DNA from: Azolla caroliniana
Lineage: Eukaryota > Plantae > Polypodiophyta
Assembly (NCBI GenBank): GCA_043228905.1
Contig: JBHGNT010000008.1
Coordinates: 7,192,001-7,256,000 of the forward strand
Direction of reading: 5' to 3'
Length of the DNA: 64,000 nucleotides
The notes beneath the pieces are model-generated. The model was not told the origin of the DNA and ran no database searches. It saw nothing but the letters and a program-made list of their open reading frames with translations. The position numbers and the translations under genes are program-made. How positions within the stretch are numbered: the first letter of the stretch is position 1; each line of letters starts with the position of its first letter. Below are positions 1 to 12,997 of the stretch, piece after piece.

Positions 1-748
1 CGTGTGCTCCTAATTACGCGCTTCTCCCGACGTTGTCATGAAGATTTTCGTCCATAGGGGGAAAACCGAGCGGAGTGAGCAAAACCGGGGTGTGCAACGT
101 TGCACACGCACATGATATTTTTTGTAAATAAGAACAAATGTAAATTGTAAGAAATACACCACAAGATTCCTAAAGTATAAATGTGATGTGCACTTATGTG
201 CACATCCACATGAGAGAGAGAGAGGTACATAGGAGTACGAGGTGAGTAAGGGGCATAGTAGTATGTGTGAGCAGTGGGAGTTAGGGCCCCATCAATCCCT
301 CCTCCAAGAATCCAAGAAAATATCCCCATTGAATGAAGGGGATATTTAGTCTCTCCCTTTTGTAACGGCTTCCTCTCCTTATGCTATAAAAGGAGAGGAA
401 GGGCACCATTGAAAGGGTTGCCTATTTTGCGTATGGGAGGTATACCACTTAGTCTAGAGTTCTCATCGTTTTAGGGTTAGAGTTTCGTTTAGGGTTTCCT
501 TATTCATCCTCGGTTAGGGTTTTCTCATAGTCGTTTTGGTGCGCCCCATGCGGCCACCATTGTTGTAATCATTCATTTGTTTTAATATAACTTGTTGAGT
601 ATCTTGCCTCCGCCAATCTCTCCTTCTATGTCATGGTCTTATTCTTTCCTCTTCTCCTCTTGAGCTAAGCCTCCATATCATATCTTTTTCTTTCTCCTCT
701 ACTCCCTAGTCTGAGACCCTCGTGGTCCCGCCCCTTCTACATGCACGT

Positions 749-1425
749 TGTCGTGAAGAAAACTGGGCATAGGTGGAATCGGAGAAAAAGGTGCATGAAC
801 CGGCTCTTACATGGATGGGCGCATGAATTGATATTTTGATATTTTGTACATGATTCATATATGGATCGGCTGATGTAAATACTAAGTAGTACACATTTAT
901 TAGGGGATTGTGCGTATCTCTGTCAGAAGGGACAGGGAATTAAGCGATTTGACTAGGGAGAAAGGGCACCCCGTTTTGGGAACTATTTAAGGAGAGGAGA
1001 GAAGGGAGAGAAAATATCGCGCATTGGCGAGGACAAAGTGCTGCTGCAGAACCGAGTGTCAGGCTCTCTCTCTCTCCTCAAATCGTCGTTCTCTGCGGGT
1101 GTCGGGAGTTCGCTGCCTCTGCTTCATGGACAGCCCGTGTGCTTCCAACAGAGTCTCTCTCCTTCCCCTTTCCCCTCTTATTTCTTCGAGTCGTGTAGTT
1201 GTCGTCGGTGTGCGTGAGTAGGACCCCGTGTCGGGTCCATTACCGGGTTGTCGGTTGTAAGCTATTGACTATAGTAATTAGATTCCTGTTTTTCTTGCAC
1301 TTAATCTCTCTGTGTGTACTTGCCTCTCTCTCTCTCTCTCTCTCTCCCTCCCTCTCTCTCTCTCCTTGGCCCGAAACCCCCGTGGTCCCGCCTCTTTCTA
1401 CACGCACGCGCGTAACAACGCGACA
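749..1425 (+). repeat. 5' LTR
   Basis: TGTCGTGAAG...AACGCGACA; direct repeat of 4039-4712; contains a (CT)n tract. Confidence 0.93.
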
Positions 1426-1429
1426 TATT

Positions 1430-1446
1430 TGGTGAACCCAACGTGA
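1430..1446 (+). promoter_or_regulatory. Primer-binding site complementary to the tRNA-Trp 3' end
   Basis: TGGTGAACCCAACGTGA, 4 nt after the LTR; one mismatch to the complement of the plant tRNA-Trp 3' end as I recall it (TGGTGAACCCGACGTGA). Confidence 0.8.
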
Positions 1447-2822
1447 AAAGGCGGCAAAGGAGTCGAAAGATAAGGGGATCGGAGCTAGCGGAGGCAATGG
1501 TCGTAGCCGTCGACCGGCTGGTAAGCGCTCGTGAGGGGACAGGTACCCTTGACAAAGCCGTTGAATCGATCGTCGGCACTATAGGCCGGTTCGGAGGGAA
1601 AGATGCCACAAGTTATTTGGAGGCTTACTGGGCCGAAATGATCATGAGGGATATCCCGGTGGACATGCGGCTATCCGGATTCCCTCGGGTGGTGACGCCG
1701 AGCATCCACGTGGAGGTGCTCGAGGTGCTGGCCGGATACCAGACTTGGGAGGAGTTCAAGCTGCAGCTCCTCGAGAAGTATGGGTTTAACGACTTGCTTC
1801 AGCTGTCGAGGCGGGACTTCATGGCGTGGGTGGAAAGCCCCGGAAAAGAGAGGAACACGTCAGCGCTCCTCCAGGAGTTCGAAAAATGGTTCGCGCGGCT
1901 ATCGATGCTGGACCGGACCGTGCTCGAAACGAGTCGAGTACTACTGTTTGTCAAGTCGGTGGACGCGCTCGACAGGGAAAAGGTGGGTCCCCTATTGGAA
2001 ACGGATGAAGGGCTCACGACAGACTGGGCCACGGTAAAACGGGTCTGCAGCCGTATCGACAAACGGGGCGATTGGAGCCACGGAAGCTCGTCGGGGTCAG
2101 GGTTGGTCCCGGCGAGGAGGCTCGAGGAGCCGGTATCGGTGCCGGCCGGTAGGAAGGAAGAGACCCAAATCTAGCTAGAGTCAGGGTCGGCATCGAATGA
2201 CGTGGTTAGAGGCCCATCCAGAGGAGCGGCTCTGGAGGAGCTGACACAGATGGTGCGCGACCTGCAGATCGCATACACCCGGAGAGACAACGGCGAACAA
2301 CCTCGCGACCGGAGGCCGCTGGCTGGCCAGCGGTGCATGTGGTGTGACACGATCGGTCACATTCGGAAGGATTGCGTGGATTTCGCCGACGCACTCAGGA
2401 CCAACGTGGTGTACCTCTGGAACGGGCAGGTGCACGCGAGTGAGACCCAGAGAGCCCTAGAACTAAATACGGGGTGCGGCGGAATGAAGAGGTTGATGGA
2501 AGAGGCCGCGGCACGGCACGTTGAAGCCGTTAACTACTCAGTGTCGGCGGGAATTCGGGTCGGGGGCGACGAGTCCTGAAAGGTGAAGGACTCCGGATTC
2601 TGGCCGCTAGTGCTAGAAGGCCTCTCCGGATTTCGGCTGAAGAAGGAAGAGGCGGACCGCGTGGAACAACGGGTCGAGGAGGTCACCGGATGGGACGATC
2701 CGGTCGAAGAGAAAACGGGCTTTGTAGAAGCCGCTTGCCAGAACTACAAGGTTCTGGTGGAAGACAAACGGGCAGGAAAGGCCGGGGGGGTGGGTTCCCC
2801 GCAGAGGTATGAGACCCAGTTC
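1443..2822 (+). pseudogene. gag (CCHC knuckle CMWCDTIGHIRKDC), with in-frame stops
   Basis: Collinear same-frame ORFs 1443-2174, 2202-2579 and 2583 onward, separated by stop codons. Confidence 0.85.
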
Positions 2823-2829
2823 AAACAAA

Positions 2830-3969
2830 TTAAGAAGAACAAGAGGAACTACTGGCGGCATTTCACGAGAGTCCCTGGGCCGGGCACCGCGGAACATGGG
2901 CCATGTTCGAGAAGCTGAAGGAGAAGTACTGGTGGCCGGGGTTGTACCAGGACGTGCATCGGTTCGTAACGACTTGCGAAAGCTGTCAGATGCACTCCAC
3001 AATCCGACACCGGGACGAGCTACACCCGACCTACCCGCCTACGGTCCATTTCAAGTGGATGGTGGACTTGGTGACGATGCCAATGGGAGTAGGACAGATG
3101 CGATACCTGGTGCTTGCATGGGAAGACTTAACGAACCAGGTGGAAGGTCGTGCACTGTAGAACAAGACAACCGCGGCAGTATGCCGGTTCCTGATCGAAG
3201 AGGTAGTGTGTCGGTACGGGTGCGTCGGGAGGATCGTGGCGGACCGGGGAGAACTGGATGTGCGGGAAGCTAGGAGCTATTCGACCGGCTAGGTGTCAAA
3301 CTCTCCCTCACTACGGCGTATAATCCGGAGGCGAACGGAAAGGTAGAACGTGGGCACGGGCCGATTGTAAAGGCATTGGTGTGTGCATGCGGGGGGCAGG
3401 TCGGGAATTGGTCGCGGCTCCTTCCTTACGCACTATGGGCGGACCGAACTACGCACAGTTCAGTGACAGGGTTTATGCCGGCAGAGCTGATGTACGGATA
3501 GAAGCCGATCATGCCAGTAGATTGGAAGGACGAAATGAGCCGGGAGGAGTTGCTGGCGGCGCGGATTCGGCAACTCGAGCGGAGGCCGGAGGACGTGAAA
3601 CGGGCGAAGGAAAAGCTGCGAGCGGCAAGGGGGCGGAACAAGACCCGGTTCAACCGGACACACTGGTTGCGACCAAAGAAGATCGAGGAAGGCGACTGGG
3701 TCTTGGTATACGACAGCAGCCTCGACAATCAGCACAAGGCGGTGCGAAAGTTCGCTAGGAGATGGTCCGGGCCCTACACGGTGACGAGCGTGAACGACAA
3801 CGGCACGTACCACCTCGCAGAACTCGACGGGACACGGTTAGCGGTGTCGGTGGCCGGGAAGCGGATCAAAGCATTCAAGAAGCAATTCGAAGACGAGCCA
3901 GAGCCTGCGAGCGGGAGCGACAACGACGATCAGTTTGGCCCCGGCGGAGAATTAGAGAACAACGACTGA
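2830..3969 (+). pseudogene. Integrase (zinc-binding H2C2, rve core, GPY/F tail), degenerate
   Basis: KYWWPGLYQDVHRFVTTCESCQ, WMVDLVTMP, KFARRWSGPYTV. Confidence 0.88.
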
Positions 3970-4038
3970 AGCCGGTTTTCTTCGGTATCTACCCGTCTCT
4001 GGCGCATGCCGGTGGATGCGTGGTTTGGTAGGGGTGGA

Positions 4039-4604
4039 TGCCGTGATGAAAACTGGGCATAGGCGGAATCGGAGAAAAAGGTGCATGAACCGGCTCTTAC
4101 ACAGATGGGCGCATGAATTGATATTTTGATATTTTGTACATGATTCATATATGGATCGGCTGATGTAAATACTAAGTAGTACACATTTATTAGGGGATTG
4201 TGCGTATCTCTGTCAGAAGGGACAGGGAATAAAGTGATTTGACTAGGGAGAAGCACCCCCTTTTGGGAACTATTTAAGGAGAGGAGAGAAGGGAGAGAGA
4301 ATATCGCGCATTGGTGAGGACGAAGTGCTGCTGCAGAACCGAGTGTCAGGCTCTCTCTCTCCTCAAATCGTCGTTCTCTACGGGTGTCGGGAGTTCGCTG
4401 CCCCTGCTTCGTGGACAGCCCGTGTGCTTCCAACAGAGTCTCTCTCCTTCCCCTTTCCCCTCTTGTTTCTTCGAGTCGTGTGGCTGACGTCGGTGTGTGT
4501 GAGTAGGACCCCGTGTCGGGTCCATTACCGGGTTGCCGGTTGTAAGCTATTGACTATAGTAATCAGATTCCTATTTTTCTTGCTCTTAATCTCTCTCTGT
4601 GTAC

Positions 4605-4653
<49 letters not shown>

Positions 4654-4712
4654 TGGTCCAACACCCCCGTGGTCCCGCCTCTTTCTACATGCACACGCGT
4701 AACAACGTGACA
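4039..4712 (+). repeat. 3' LTR
   Basis: TGCCGTGATG...AACGTGACA; repeat of 749-1425. Confidence 0.93.
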
Positions 4713-4736
4713 ACGCGCGTAACAACGCGACAATGT

Positions 4737-5496
4737 AGACCCGACCTCCACATTGTTGTGCTTTCGTTTAGATCGGAATTTCGGACAGGTCGTCTTCCAT
4801 CCGAACCGGCTTCCAACTTTACCTTCCTCGCTGTCATCTCCCGTCTCTCCCGTCTCATGTTGCTTCTCGGACACAACCGCCGAAGTCTCTAGGATTAGTG
4901 GGCAAGTATCCTCGGTATTATCGTTCTCTGTCGTTTCCCCCATAGCCACCTTCTTGGCTATCTCTCCATCGTATGCATTGGATTCGAACTTTGTTTTCTC
5001 TCCGCCACCTTCCATCTCTTCGGTCTCACATCGTCTTTCGAACGCAACTGCTGAAGTCTCTAGAACTAGTGGTGGGAAAGTCTTCATACGGCCATCCGCC
5101 ATTGATTCGTCCATAGCCACCTCGGATTTGATGTCATCTTTCGTGGCGACCTCCTCAATCAAGTCCGCCTTACACTCTTTATCTCCCTTGATCATGCAAG
5201 CATCGATTATGCTTACCCCTTCTTCACCCGATGTTTCGGATACTTGTATTCCGAAACCTTCTTCCGTTCTTGAAGTGGTGTTCGCCACTCTCAAGCCATC
5301 GACCTTATCCTTGGTCGTCGTTCTTTCGCAAGACGAGAGGGTGACTTGTTCCACACTCTCTCCCGTGGTACCATCATATTGTATTTCGGCCTTCATGCCG
5401 GCTACATCATTTGTCCTCAATCGACCATCCCCATGGGCCATGTTGTTGTTGACAAGATTCTCTTCTTCCTCTCATCATGCCTTTGGCATACCCTTT
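4737..5496 (-). mobile_element. Fragment of an older element with an acidic low-complexity ORF; target of the solo LTR insertion
   Basis: ORF 4563-5441(-) has an internal duplication (PLVLETSAVAFERRCETEE / PLILETSAVVSEKQHETGE); the frame continues briefly across the TSD into 1-33. Confidence 0.4.
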
Positions 5497-8400
5497 TGTT
5501 ACCGATTAGGAACACGGTCTAGGGTCAGTCCTTCGACCTAGACCTCAAAGTGACTGCATTGCAACGAATGGTATCGTCGTAGCGTAATACTTAGTGGGAT
5601 ACCGCCCGTATCCTAGTAGCGTATAAGGGAGATGGCTACAACCGAACTCCCTAGACAGTGGACTAACAACCACACTGTTACTCACACTTACGCTCTTACG
5701 ACTATGCTACGCCACCAAGAATCACAGACACATAGTAGATTAACCACAGATACGCACAGGAATCAGAGAAGATAGAACTCTATTAAGATGCGCCTTTTAC
5801 ATTCAAAATTACATGCTACCTCTATCAGAGGATTTCTGCCCTTTATATACACATGGTCTTTTTAGCCGTTCACGCTTCCCGCGTGAACCATTTGCATGCA
5901 TTACAATTTTACTATATTCTATATTTCTGTGCTCCTGTCCGTCGGTTACTATTCCGGCAGACAACAACTCGCACGCCTGTGGGACAGTGCCATGGCATGT
6001 CGGACCCACCCCTTTAATCTTCCTCCAAAATGGTCCGGAGGTTTGGTTCTGCTCCGATGTCCCGATCCGGGGACGGCGTAGTGTCCGTAGGCGCGTCGGT
6101 GTGTGGTTCCACTACCTGCTCGTGAGGGCTGCCTATGGTGTCACTGGCTTCTTGTGTGGGCGGTCCGGGCTCTGCTAGCTCATCGTGTCCTATGGTGGTC
6201 GGTTCCGCCATTGGCGGGCTCGCGGTAGGTCGGGGTTCTGTCTCATCCGTAACCTCCTCTGTGTTGTCGGCCGTAGTCGTGTGCTCTGGTGAGTGAGGCT
6301 AGGGTTCCTCTTGATCGGCGGTTTTGCTTTTTGGTATCACGGGGGGCTTCGCTTCCCGTTCCGTGTTGTGCACCGTAGTGGTTCTTTCCGGGGACATGAG
6401 CTGAGGTTCCTCTGGTTTGGCAGTATCTGGAATTGGTATCGCGATGGATTCCTAGTTTGTTCGCGTGCTGCCGGCTTGCATGATTTGGTGAAACAGGTCC
6501 TTCTAACTTTCACCAGAATCGTCTAGTAGCTGTGTGAGTTCCTCGGAGTGTTGGTCCACTAGCATGTGATAATCCTGCGCTAGGTCCTCGTGTACTGCCG
6601 CAATGCTTTCCTCATTTAGCTTGTAGAACCCGCAACCATCTTTCCTTCGGTTCTCCCAGTCCGCCCAGTATGTATGCAACTCTGCCGCTTGTGCGGCCCA
6701 CGCCATCCAGCCTTTATCGAGCGTCACTTTTAATTGCGCCGAAAACCTCTCCCGATGTGTTTGAAGAAGTATGCGCACGTTGTCAATTTTTGCTTGGCAA
6801 CGGTTGCATGCCTCTTCTACGGTCTTCCTGAGGTTGTCAATTTCTTGTTAGTTAACCACCGCGGCTTCCTCATAAGTGCTCCTCATTCCTGCCCATAGCT
6901 AAGATTCCTTCGAATGTAATTCCTCCAGCTTGCCCATTTCATTATTCAGATGGATTTCGAGCTGATGCCTTCTCTCCTGTTCCCCTACAAGTTGCTCGTC
7001 GAACCATGCTTTCTTCTTCTCCAATAAGGCCTAGAGTCTCGTGATTGCCGCTTCCGATTTTTTCACTTCCTCCGGTAATTGGGCATTTTCTTCTTTCATC
7101 CGGGTGTGTTGTGTTGCCTCCGCTGCGAGTTTCTCTTCAAGGGTCTTCACTTCCTTTCGGCCGTTAGCCCGGATGTCCTTTTCTCTGTCTAAGGACTGGC
7201 GAAGTTCGACGCGGAGACGGTCAATCTTTGATTCCGCCAGTTGCACGACCTGTTTCACCTTCAAGGCAATGGCGATCTGGGCTTCCATTTCTTCCCTCAG
7301 GGCTTCGACGGCATTGGTTTTTGGTGGAGCTGCCTGCTGCGCCATAGTCGCGTTACTTTCCAACTCCGTGATGCGTTCATTGGCCTTTTGTAGCTTGGCT
7401 TGGGTCAGTTTAACCGTTTTCCAGACATTTTTATTTTTAATCGCCATATCCTTGGCGCCCATACTGACCTTCGCCAGTTCCCTATGGACTTTGACAAGGG
7501 CCGCGTTTAATGGGGGTGGGGGTAGTTCCATCCCCATTCGGCGTATACCGGCGTTCCTTTGTCTACCGACTCTGGCTAACTGATCCTCATTGTCACTTTC
7601 CGTCGTTTGTGTTAGTGCGCACTCGATCATTTGGCGCTCCGCGTGCTCCTCGGCCATTCGTTGTGAGACTTTTATTTGTTGCGTTGCCAAAAATTCCATG
7701 AGTTCAAAAGTGGTTCCGAACTGTAATAGTGCACTGAACTCATGGGTTGTGTCCGGAATGTCCGGATACGCCAGGACCTCGCTTTCCGCCGTCAATACGC
7801 CTTTCCCCCGCTGTGACTTGGCCATAATGATCGGTTGTGGTTCCCAGATTATTTCGAAGGTGGTGTTGGGCTCCGTAGCTACGGAACTGTTGACCACGGT
7901 TGTCGTCTTCGTGGCCGCGAGGGTGTCTTTAACTAACTCGCGCCCATCCTTCCTGTCCAGCCTCCGCTGTTTCGGCCGTGGGCTTCCTTGACGTGTCTCG
8001 GTTTCCAGCTCCCCCACAGCTTCCTCACCATGCTCCGCCCGCTCTTCCTGTGTTGGTCGCGTGTTAGGTTGGGGTTCATCCTCCCACGCTGTGGTGGCCG
8101 ACTCCGCTAACCTTCGCTTCGCAGATCGTGACGGCGGCGTGGGTTTGCTGGCCTGTGGTGTCGGCAGACCTCGGGGTGCGAACAATATCATCAGATACTA
8201 TTGTATTATAGTCCTTAGCTTTTTTCCTCCTTGATATGTGTGCAGTCCTTCCCGTAACGTCGGTCCTGTAATGAACCCCCAATGGACCATGCGCCCTTCA
8301 AAGGTATCAATAATGATACCTGCCTTTTGCTTGGGCATCCCATATGCGTTTATATGTACGCATCGGACTTCCAACAGGAACTTGGCTATTTCGCAGAAAA

Positions 8401-9233
8401 AGGGGTCGGGGATTTCCTTCGTTCTATATGCCTTGGCGAACGCCGAATAAGGCCCTAAATATCTCTGCAAAGTTTCCGCAGGAGGGATTTCGAAATGCCT
8501 TTCACCCAGAGATGATAGGTCAAGCTTTTTCCGGATGGATGTGTTGGTGACCGTGTTGATGTTGAGCTTCCTAGCGATGTCCATGGCGTCAGTGTGTGGA
8601 GGTGCCTCAGCGACTCTGATGTACCCATCCAAGTGTTTTTCCACGAGCCATCGACGCAAGGCGGCAGAGATGGGTATCGGCATAGTCGGGTTAGGCCCGG
8701 GCTAATGGGTGAGGACTGCTAGCTATGGTGAGCTTGAGCTCTGTGATAGGATGGAGAAGAGGGTGAGGAAGGGGAGCGATGAGAGCGATGAGAGCGATGA
8801 GAGTTAGAAGGTTGGTTTCTATATTGTGTAGAAAACCTTCTATTTCCTTCTTTTTGTGGCCTAGGGTTCATTGGTCAGTGAGCCATCGTGGTGTCGTGTG
8901 TTCTTGGCCTAGAAGTCTGTGCATGTCGTAAGTCCTTTTAATAGCGTCGCTATCTTCTCTTCTTTCTTTCTTTTTTCATAACGGTTACATACAATACTAT
9001 TTTTACACTATAGTACAAGTGGGGTTGTCTACTTACTCCGCGGATTCTCCGGCTTTGTCCTGTCCGGCGGGGAATGGGTTAGGTGGCGTAGGTCCCAGAT
9101 AAGGTTTCAGGCGAAACCCATTCACTTTTTGACATAACACTTCCCCGGCCAATGTGCCAAGTTGAAACGTGCCCTGTTCTGCTCCCACTATCCAATACGG
9201 GCATGTCCAGTGGAATCTTAATTTTCCTGGCAT
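5497..9233 (-). mobile_element. 3' part of a non-chromovirus Ty3/gypsy element: integrase tail, accessory ORF and LTR-like end
   Basis: 9033-9233 encodes the integrase C-terminus (GKLRFHWTCPYWI...KVNGFRLKPY); ends ...CGGTAACA at 5497 on -; TATA-like TATATAAAG near 5841-5849 on -; LTR start not located. Confidence 0.7.
6014..8683 (-). pseudogene. Accessory 3' ORF: globular N-terminal domain plus long coiled coil, broken by stops
   Basis: Collinear ORFs 8198-8683, 7031-8191, 6503-6778 and 6014-6211; homologous to 28657-29950(+). Confidence 0.7.
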
Positions 9234-12200
9234 ATGCCCCGCATGGTCGAAGGCTCATCCGGAGGAGCGGCTCTGGAGGAGCTGACTCAGATGGTGAGGG
9301 ACCTCCAGATTGCACAACCACGGAGGAACGGCGACGAACAAGTTCGTGACCGAAGGCCTCCGGCTGGGAACCAGTGGTTGTGGTGCGACGCGGTCGGCCA
9401 CGCCCGAAAAGACTGCGAGGACTTCACCAAAGCGATAAGAGCTAACATGGTGTACCTATGGAACAGTCGGGTGCACGCTAGCGAGACCCAAAGGGCCCTG
9501 GATCTGAATGTTGGACGAGGGGGTATGAAACGGTTGATGGAAGAAGCGGCGGCTCGCCGCGTGGAGACCGTCCACTACTCGGCGTCGGTTGGAGTCCGGG
9601 TTGGAACTAATGAAGTCTGGAAGACGAAGGAAGCCGGATTCTGGCTATTGATGCTAGGAGGCCTCACCGGCGTACAGCTGAGGAAAGAGTAAGCGGACCG
9701 CGCAGAAAGACGGGTCCGGGAGGCAACCGGGTGGAGTAACCCAGTTGAAGAGAAGACGGGCTTCGTTGAAGCCTCTTGCCAAAACTACAAGGTTCTGGTG
9801 GAGGACACACATGCGGGTAAGACCGGAGGGGCCAGACCCTCACAATGGTATGAGACCCGATTCGGGCAAAAGCAGAATGATGCTGGTGCGACCGGCGCAC
9901 CGGAAAAAGGCAAGAGAGCCGAGTACCGATTGAGCACGGAGATCGAGAGAACTACGGACCTGCGAAAGGTCCTCGAGGAACGTATCCTCGACAGCAAAGT
10001 GCAGTTGTCACTGAGGGAAGTGCTCGAAATCGCCAAGAAGAAGTTCCACAACTCCATCGTGGACTTGGTGAAGCGGAAAAGGCTTTCGACAGAGCCGGAG
10101 CTGGAGAAGCCGGCGGAGGTGCGAACAACGCACCTAGAAGACATGGCTCTAGAAGACAAGTTGGCGGAGAGCCACTATTCAAGGCCACATTGGGCCAGAG
10201 CAACCACGGAGACCCCTGTTAAGATCGGAGATGTTCATGAGCCGGTGGTGGCATTGGTGGACCACGGTTTAGAAATAAACTTGATGTCCATGGACTTCTA
10301 CAAGAAGGGGAAGTGACTGATCAACACCAAGCACGGGTGGAAAATACGGGCAGCAACCCGTGCCACAGAAGAGATGCATGGAGCCTGCCTGAATGTACGA
10401 GTGAAAATCGGCGATGTCGAGATCGATCAGCACTTCGTTTACACTCGGGGAACCGTACATCACGGCGGCACGGATGGAGACAAAGGTGTTGAACAACGGT
10501 TCGGCATATGCACGAGTCAAGAGCCGGGATGGGCGTCACTCGGTCTAGTTATTGACGGTGAGACCGAACCATGAGCGTAACCACGAGACCCTCGGTGGCG
10601 AAAACCGAGAGGATTTTTAGAGAGGGCTATCAAGGCGTGGGGTCGCGATAGTCCGGACACCCCGGAAAAACCCCACAGATGTACTATAGGCAAAAAGACT
10701 TGTACCATAGGTAGGAAATTTTGGTTCTCCGATAGCGGAGGTTGTACAATAGCCGACGTAGTTGGCCGGGAAAAGAAGTGGGCAGAGGAGCGACTTCGGG
10801 CATACGGAGTCCTCGGCCCTGAAAAGGAAATCAACAGAGCCGTGGAGGCAGTCTCTTTCGACGACACCTTGGGGAAATTACGGGAGGTGTTCAAAGAAGG
10901 CCTTAATGAGGACCGGACGATTGCGATGTGTTCGGAAAGGATGTACGAAGTCATCGCCGACTTCAGTAATGGACTCGAGTCGGATCGGACGGCCCGAGTG
11001 GATACGAAGTACAAGACTGTGCACCGGAAGGTGAGCCAGTCGCGGCACCCTTGCCGGAGGGCAGCGAGTTACGAATAAAGGGGGTCGCGTTGGACCCAAG
11101 TTTACGAGATCCTACCAGCATAGGACACACGTTCACCAACATAACGCTACGGGAGCTCATGATCGGTGGGGGTGGCTTTCTACTGCCGGCGGAAGAGGAC
11201 CGGTTTCGGAGAATGCTTGGGAGGCACGGGAAGGCTTTCGCATTCTCACTGGAGGAGATCGGGTGCGTAGACCCGACGGTTGTGGAACCAATGGTGATCT
11301 TCACGGTACCGCATGTGCCGTGGAATCTCAAACCGATTCCGGTACCTAGAGCTCACATCCCGAAGATGATGGAGCTGCTTAAATAGAAGGTGGAGATGGG
11401 CATCCTCGAACCGTCGAGTGCCCCATACTCGAAGCGGTTGTTTACCGTGCCAAAGAAGAACGGCACATTGCGCTTTATTCAAGAACTGCAGTCGGTCAAC
11501 AAGGTGACCATTCAGAACGCAGGAATCGGACCGACCATAGACGAGTTCGTGGAGGCCTTCGCCGGAAGGTCGATTTACTCAGTCGGTGATCTGTACTTGG
11601 GGTACAATTAGTTCCAACTAGTCGTGGAGAGCAGGGACATTACGACGATGCGGACCCCACTCGGCCTAGTGCGGATGTGTACCCTCCCGCAAGAAGGGAC
11701 GAACTCGGTGGCCCACATGGTGAACGCAATGAACAAAGTGTTGAGGGATTGTATCCCGGGCATCACCATGCCATTCTTAGACGATATCTCGATCAAAGGA
11801 TGCCCGGTGGGGGAAAAGGACGAGACAATCGGACTGGACGGATGTCGGAAACTCGTGGCGGCTCACGTCGACGACTACGAGAAGGTACTGCAAAGACTAG
11901 AATGCGCGAGGCTCACCTTCTCCGGGGAAAAATCAGCCTTCGGGCAAGCGGAGATCATGGTCGTCGAACACCTATGCGGGCCATACGGTCGGAAACCATC
12001 TCCAGCCAAGGTGGAGGCCATCTCCGTGATGAAGCAAGACTGCAATTCGGTTACGGAGGTTCGGAGATTCCTGGGAGCATGTGCGTTCTACCATATCTGG
12101 ATCCCGCATTACACCCACGTTGCAGAGCCGCTCTACGGGTTGCTGAAAAAAGGGCGTAAATTCGAGTGGAGAAATGAGCATACGGAGTCGGTCCGGAAGA

Positions 12201-12907
12201 TGAAAGAAGCACTTGCCGCGGCACCGGCGCTCCGAAAGGTTGTCTACGGCAACGACACTCTGATTTACGTGACGGTAGACACGAGTCCGACCGGGATCGG
12301 ATGGGTGATCAACCAAGAGGGTGACGATGGCATGAGGTTCCCCATCCGGTTCGGCGCGAAAGTCCTCAGTGAGCAACAACGAGAATACGCCCAGGTTAAA
12401 CGCGAACTCTGGGGTATCGTTTCGGCGGTCAAGGCCGACAAATACTACCTGATCGGGGCAGAGGTGATAATTGAGACGGACTGCCTGCCAATTCTCGGCA
12501 TGGTTTCCGGATGCGCGATGCTGGACCTGGCAATGCTCAGGTGGATAGCATACATCAAGTCCTTGAATCCGGAAATACGACACATTTCGAGAAAGGACAA
12601 TGCCATGGCCTACATGGTTTTGAGAGCGAGGTTCGATGACGAGGACGACATGGTTTCGGAGGACGAGGAAGTCGGCGCGGACTTCTTCAAGGCGGCTTAC
12701 ATAACAACAAGAAAGGGGAGCACTCCGGCGCTTAACGAATTCAACGAGAGCAAGTACGACGGGGAGTGGCTCCAGATCGGCGGGTTCCTGAAGACAATGA
12801 CACCGGACGTGGCGTGGACGAAGGAAGAGACCAACCGGATTCGAAAGAAAGCATACCAATTCTTCCTACGGGACGGGAGCACATGGAAGCACCCGAAGAA
12901 GAGAAAC

Positions 12908-12997
12908 TGTCAGGATATGGCAAGACTCGAACCCATGACCTTATGGTATATGGGTCGAGCTCTTAACCATCACACCATCTATTGTAATTCATAGGAT
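12908..12997 (+). repeat. Chromovirus 5' LTR, first 90 bp
   Basis: Matches 23537-23626. Confidence 0.95.

Larger units (their letters stand above)
749..4712 (+). mobile_element. Internally deleted (non-autonomous) Ty3/gypsy LTR retrotransposon retaining gag and integrase
   Basis: Similar LTRs 749-1425 and 4039-4712 (TG...CA), TSD ACGT/ACGC (745-748, 4713-4716), Trp PBS, purine tract GGTAGGGGTGGA before the 3' LTR. Confidence 0.92.
34..4732 (+). mobile_element. Solo LTR of the tRNA-Trp-primed Ty3/gypsy family, interrupted near its 3' end by the element at 749-4712
   Basis: Starts TGTCATGAAG at 34; last 16 bp (GCGTAACAACGCGACA, 4717-4732) resume after the nested element; flanks ACGT (30-33) / ATGT (4733-4736) fit a 4-bp TSD with one CpG transition; homologous to the LTR at 27603-28656 (-). 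Confidence 0.8.

Noticed and set aside
4753-5541. Long Ser-rich + strand ORF and similar antisense ORFs (7041-7991, 11972-12859)
   Set aside because: Shadow frames of GC-rich TE coding sequence with no independent motifs.
12918-12977. tRNA-like sequence at the LTR start (reverse complement contains GGTTAAGAGC and GGGTTCGAGTC, resembling A/B boxes)
   Set aside because: Could be a tRNA- or SINE-derived relic in U3, but I could not build a convincing full cloverleaf by eye; needs tRNAscan-SE or Infernal before any claim.
11624-12994. Intact 456-aa RT/RNase H gene
   Set aside because: Fragment of a stop-riddled pol; its C-terminus reads into the inserted LTR.
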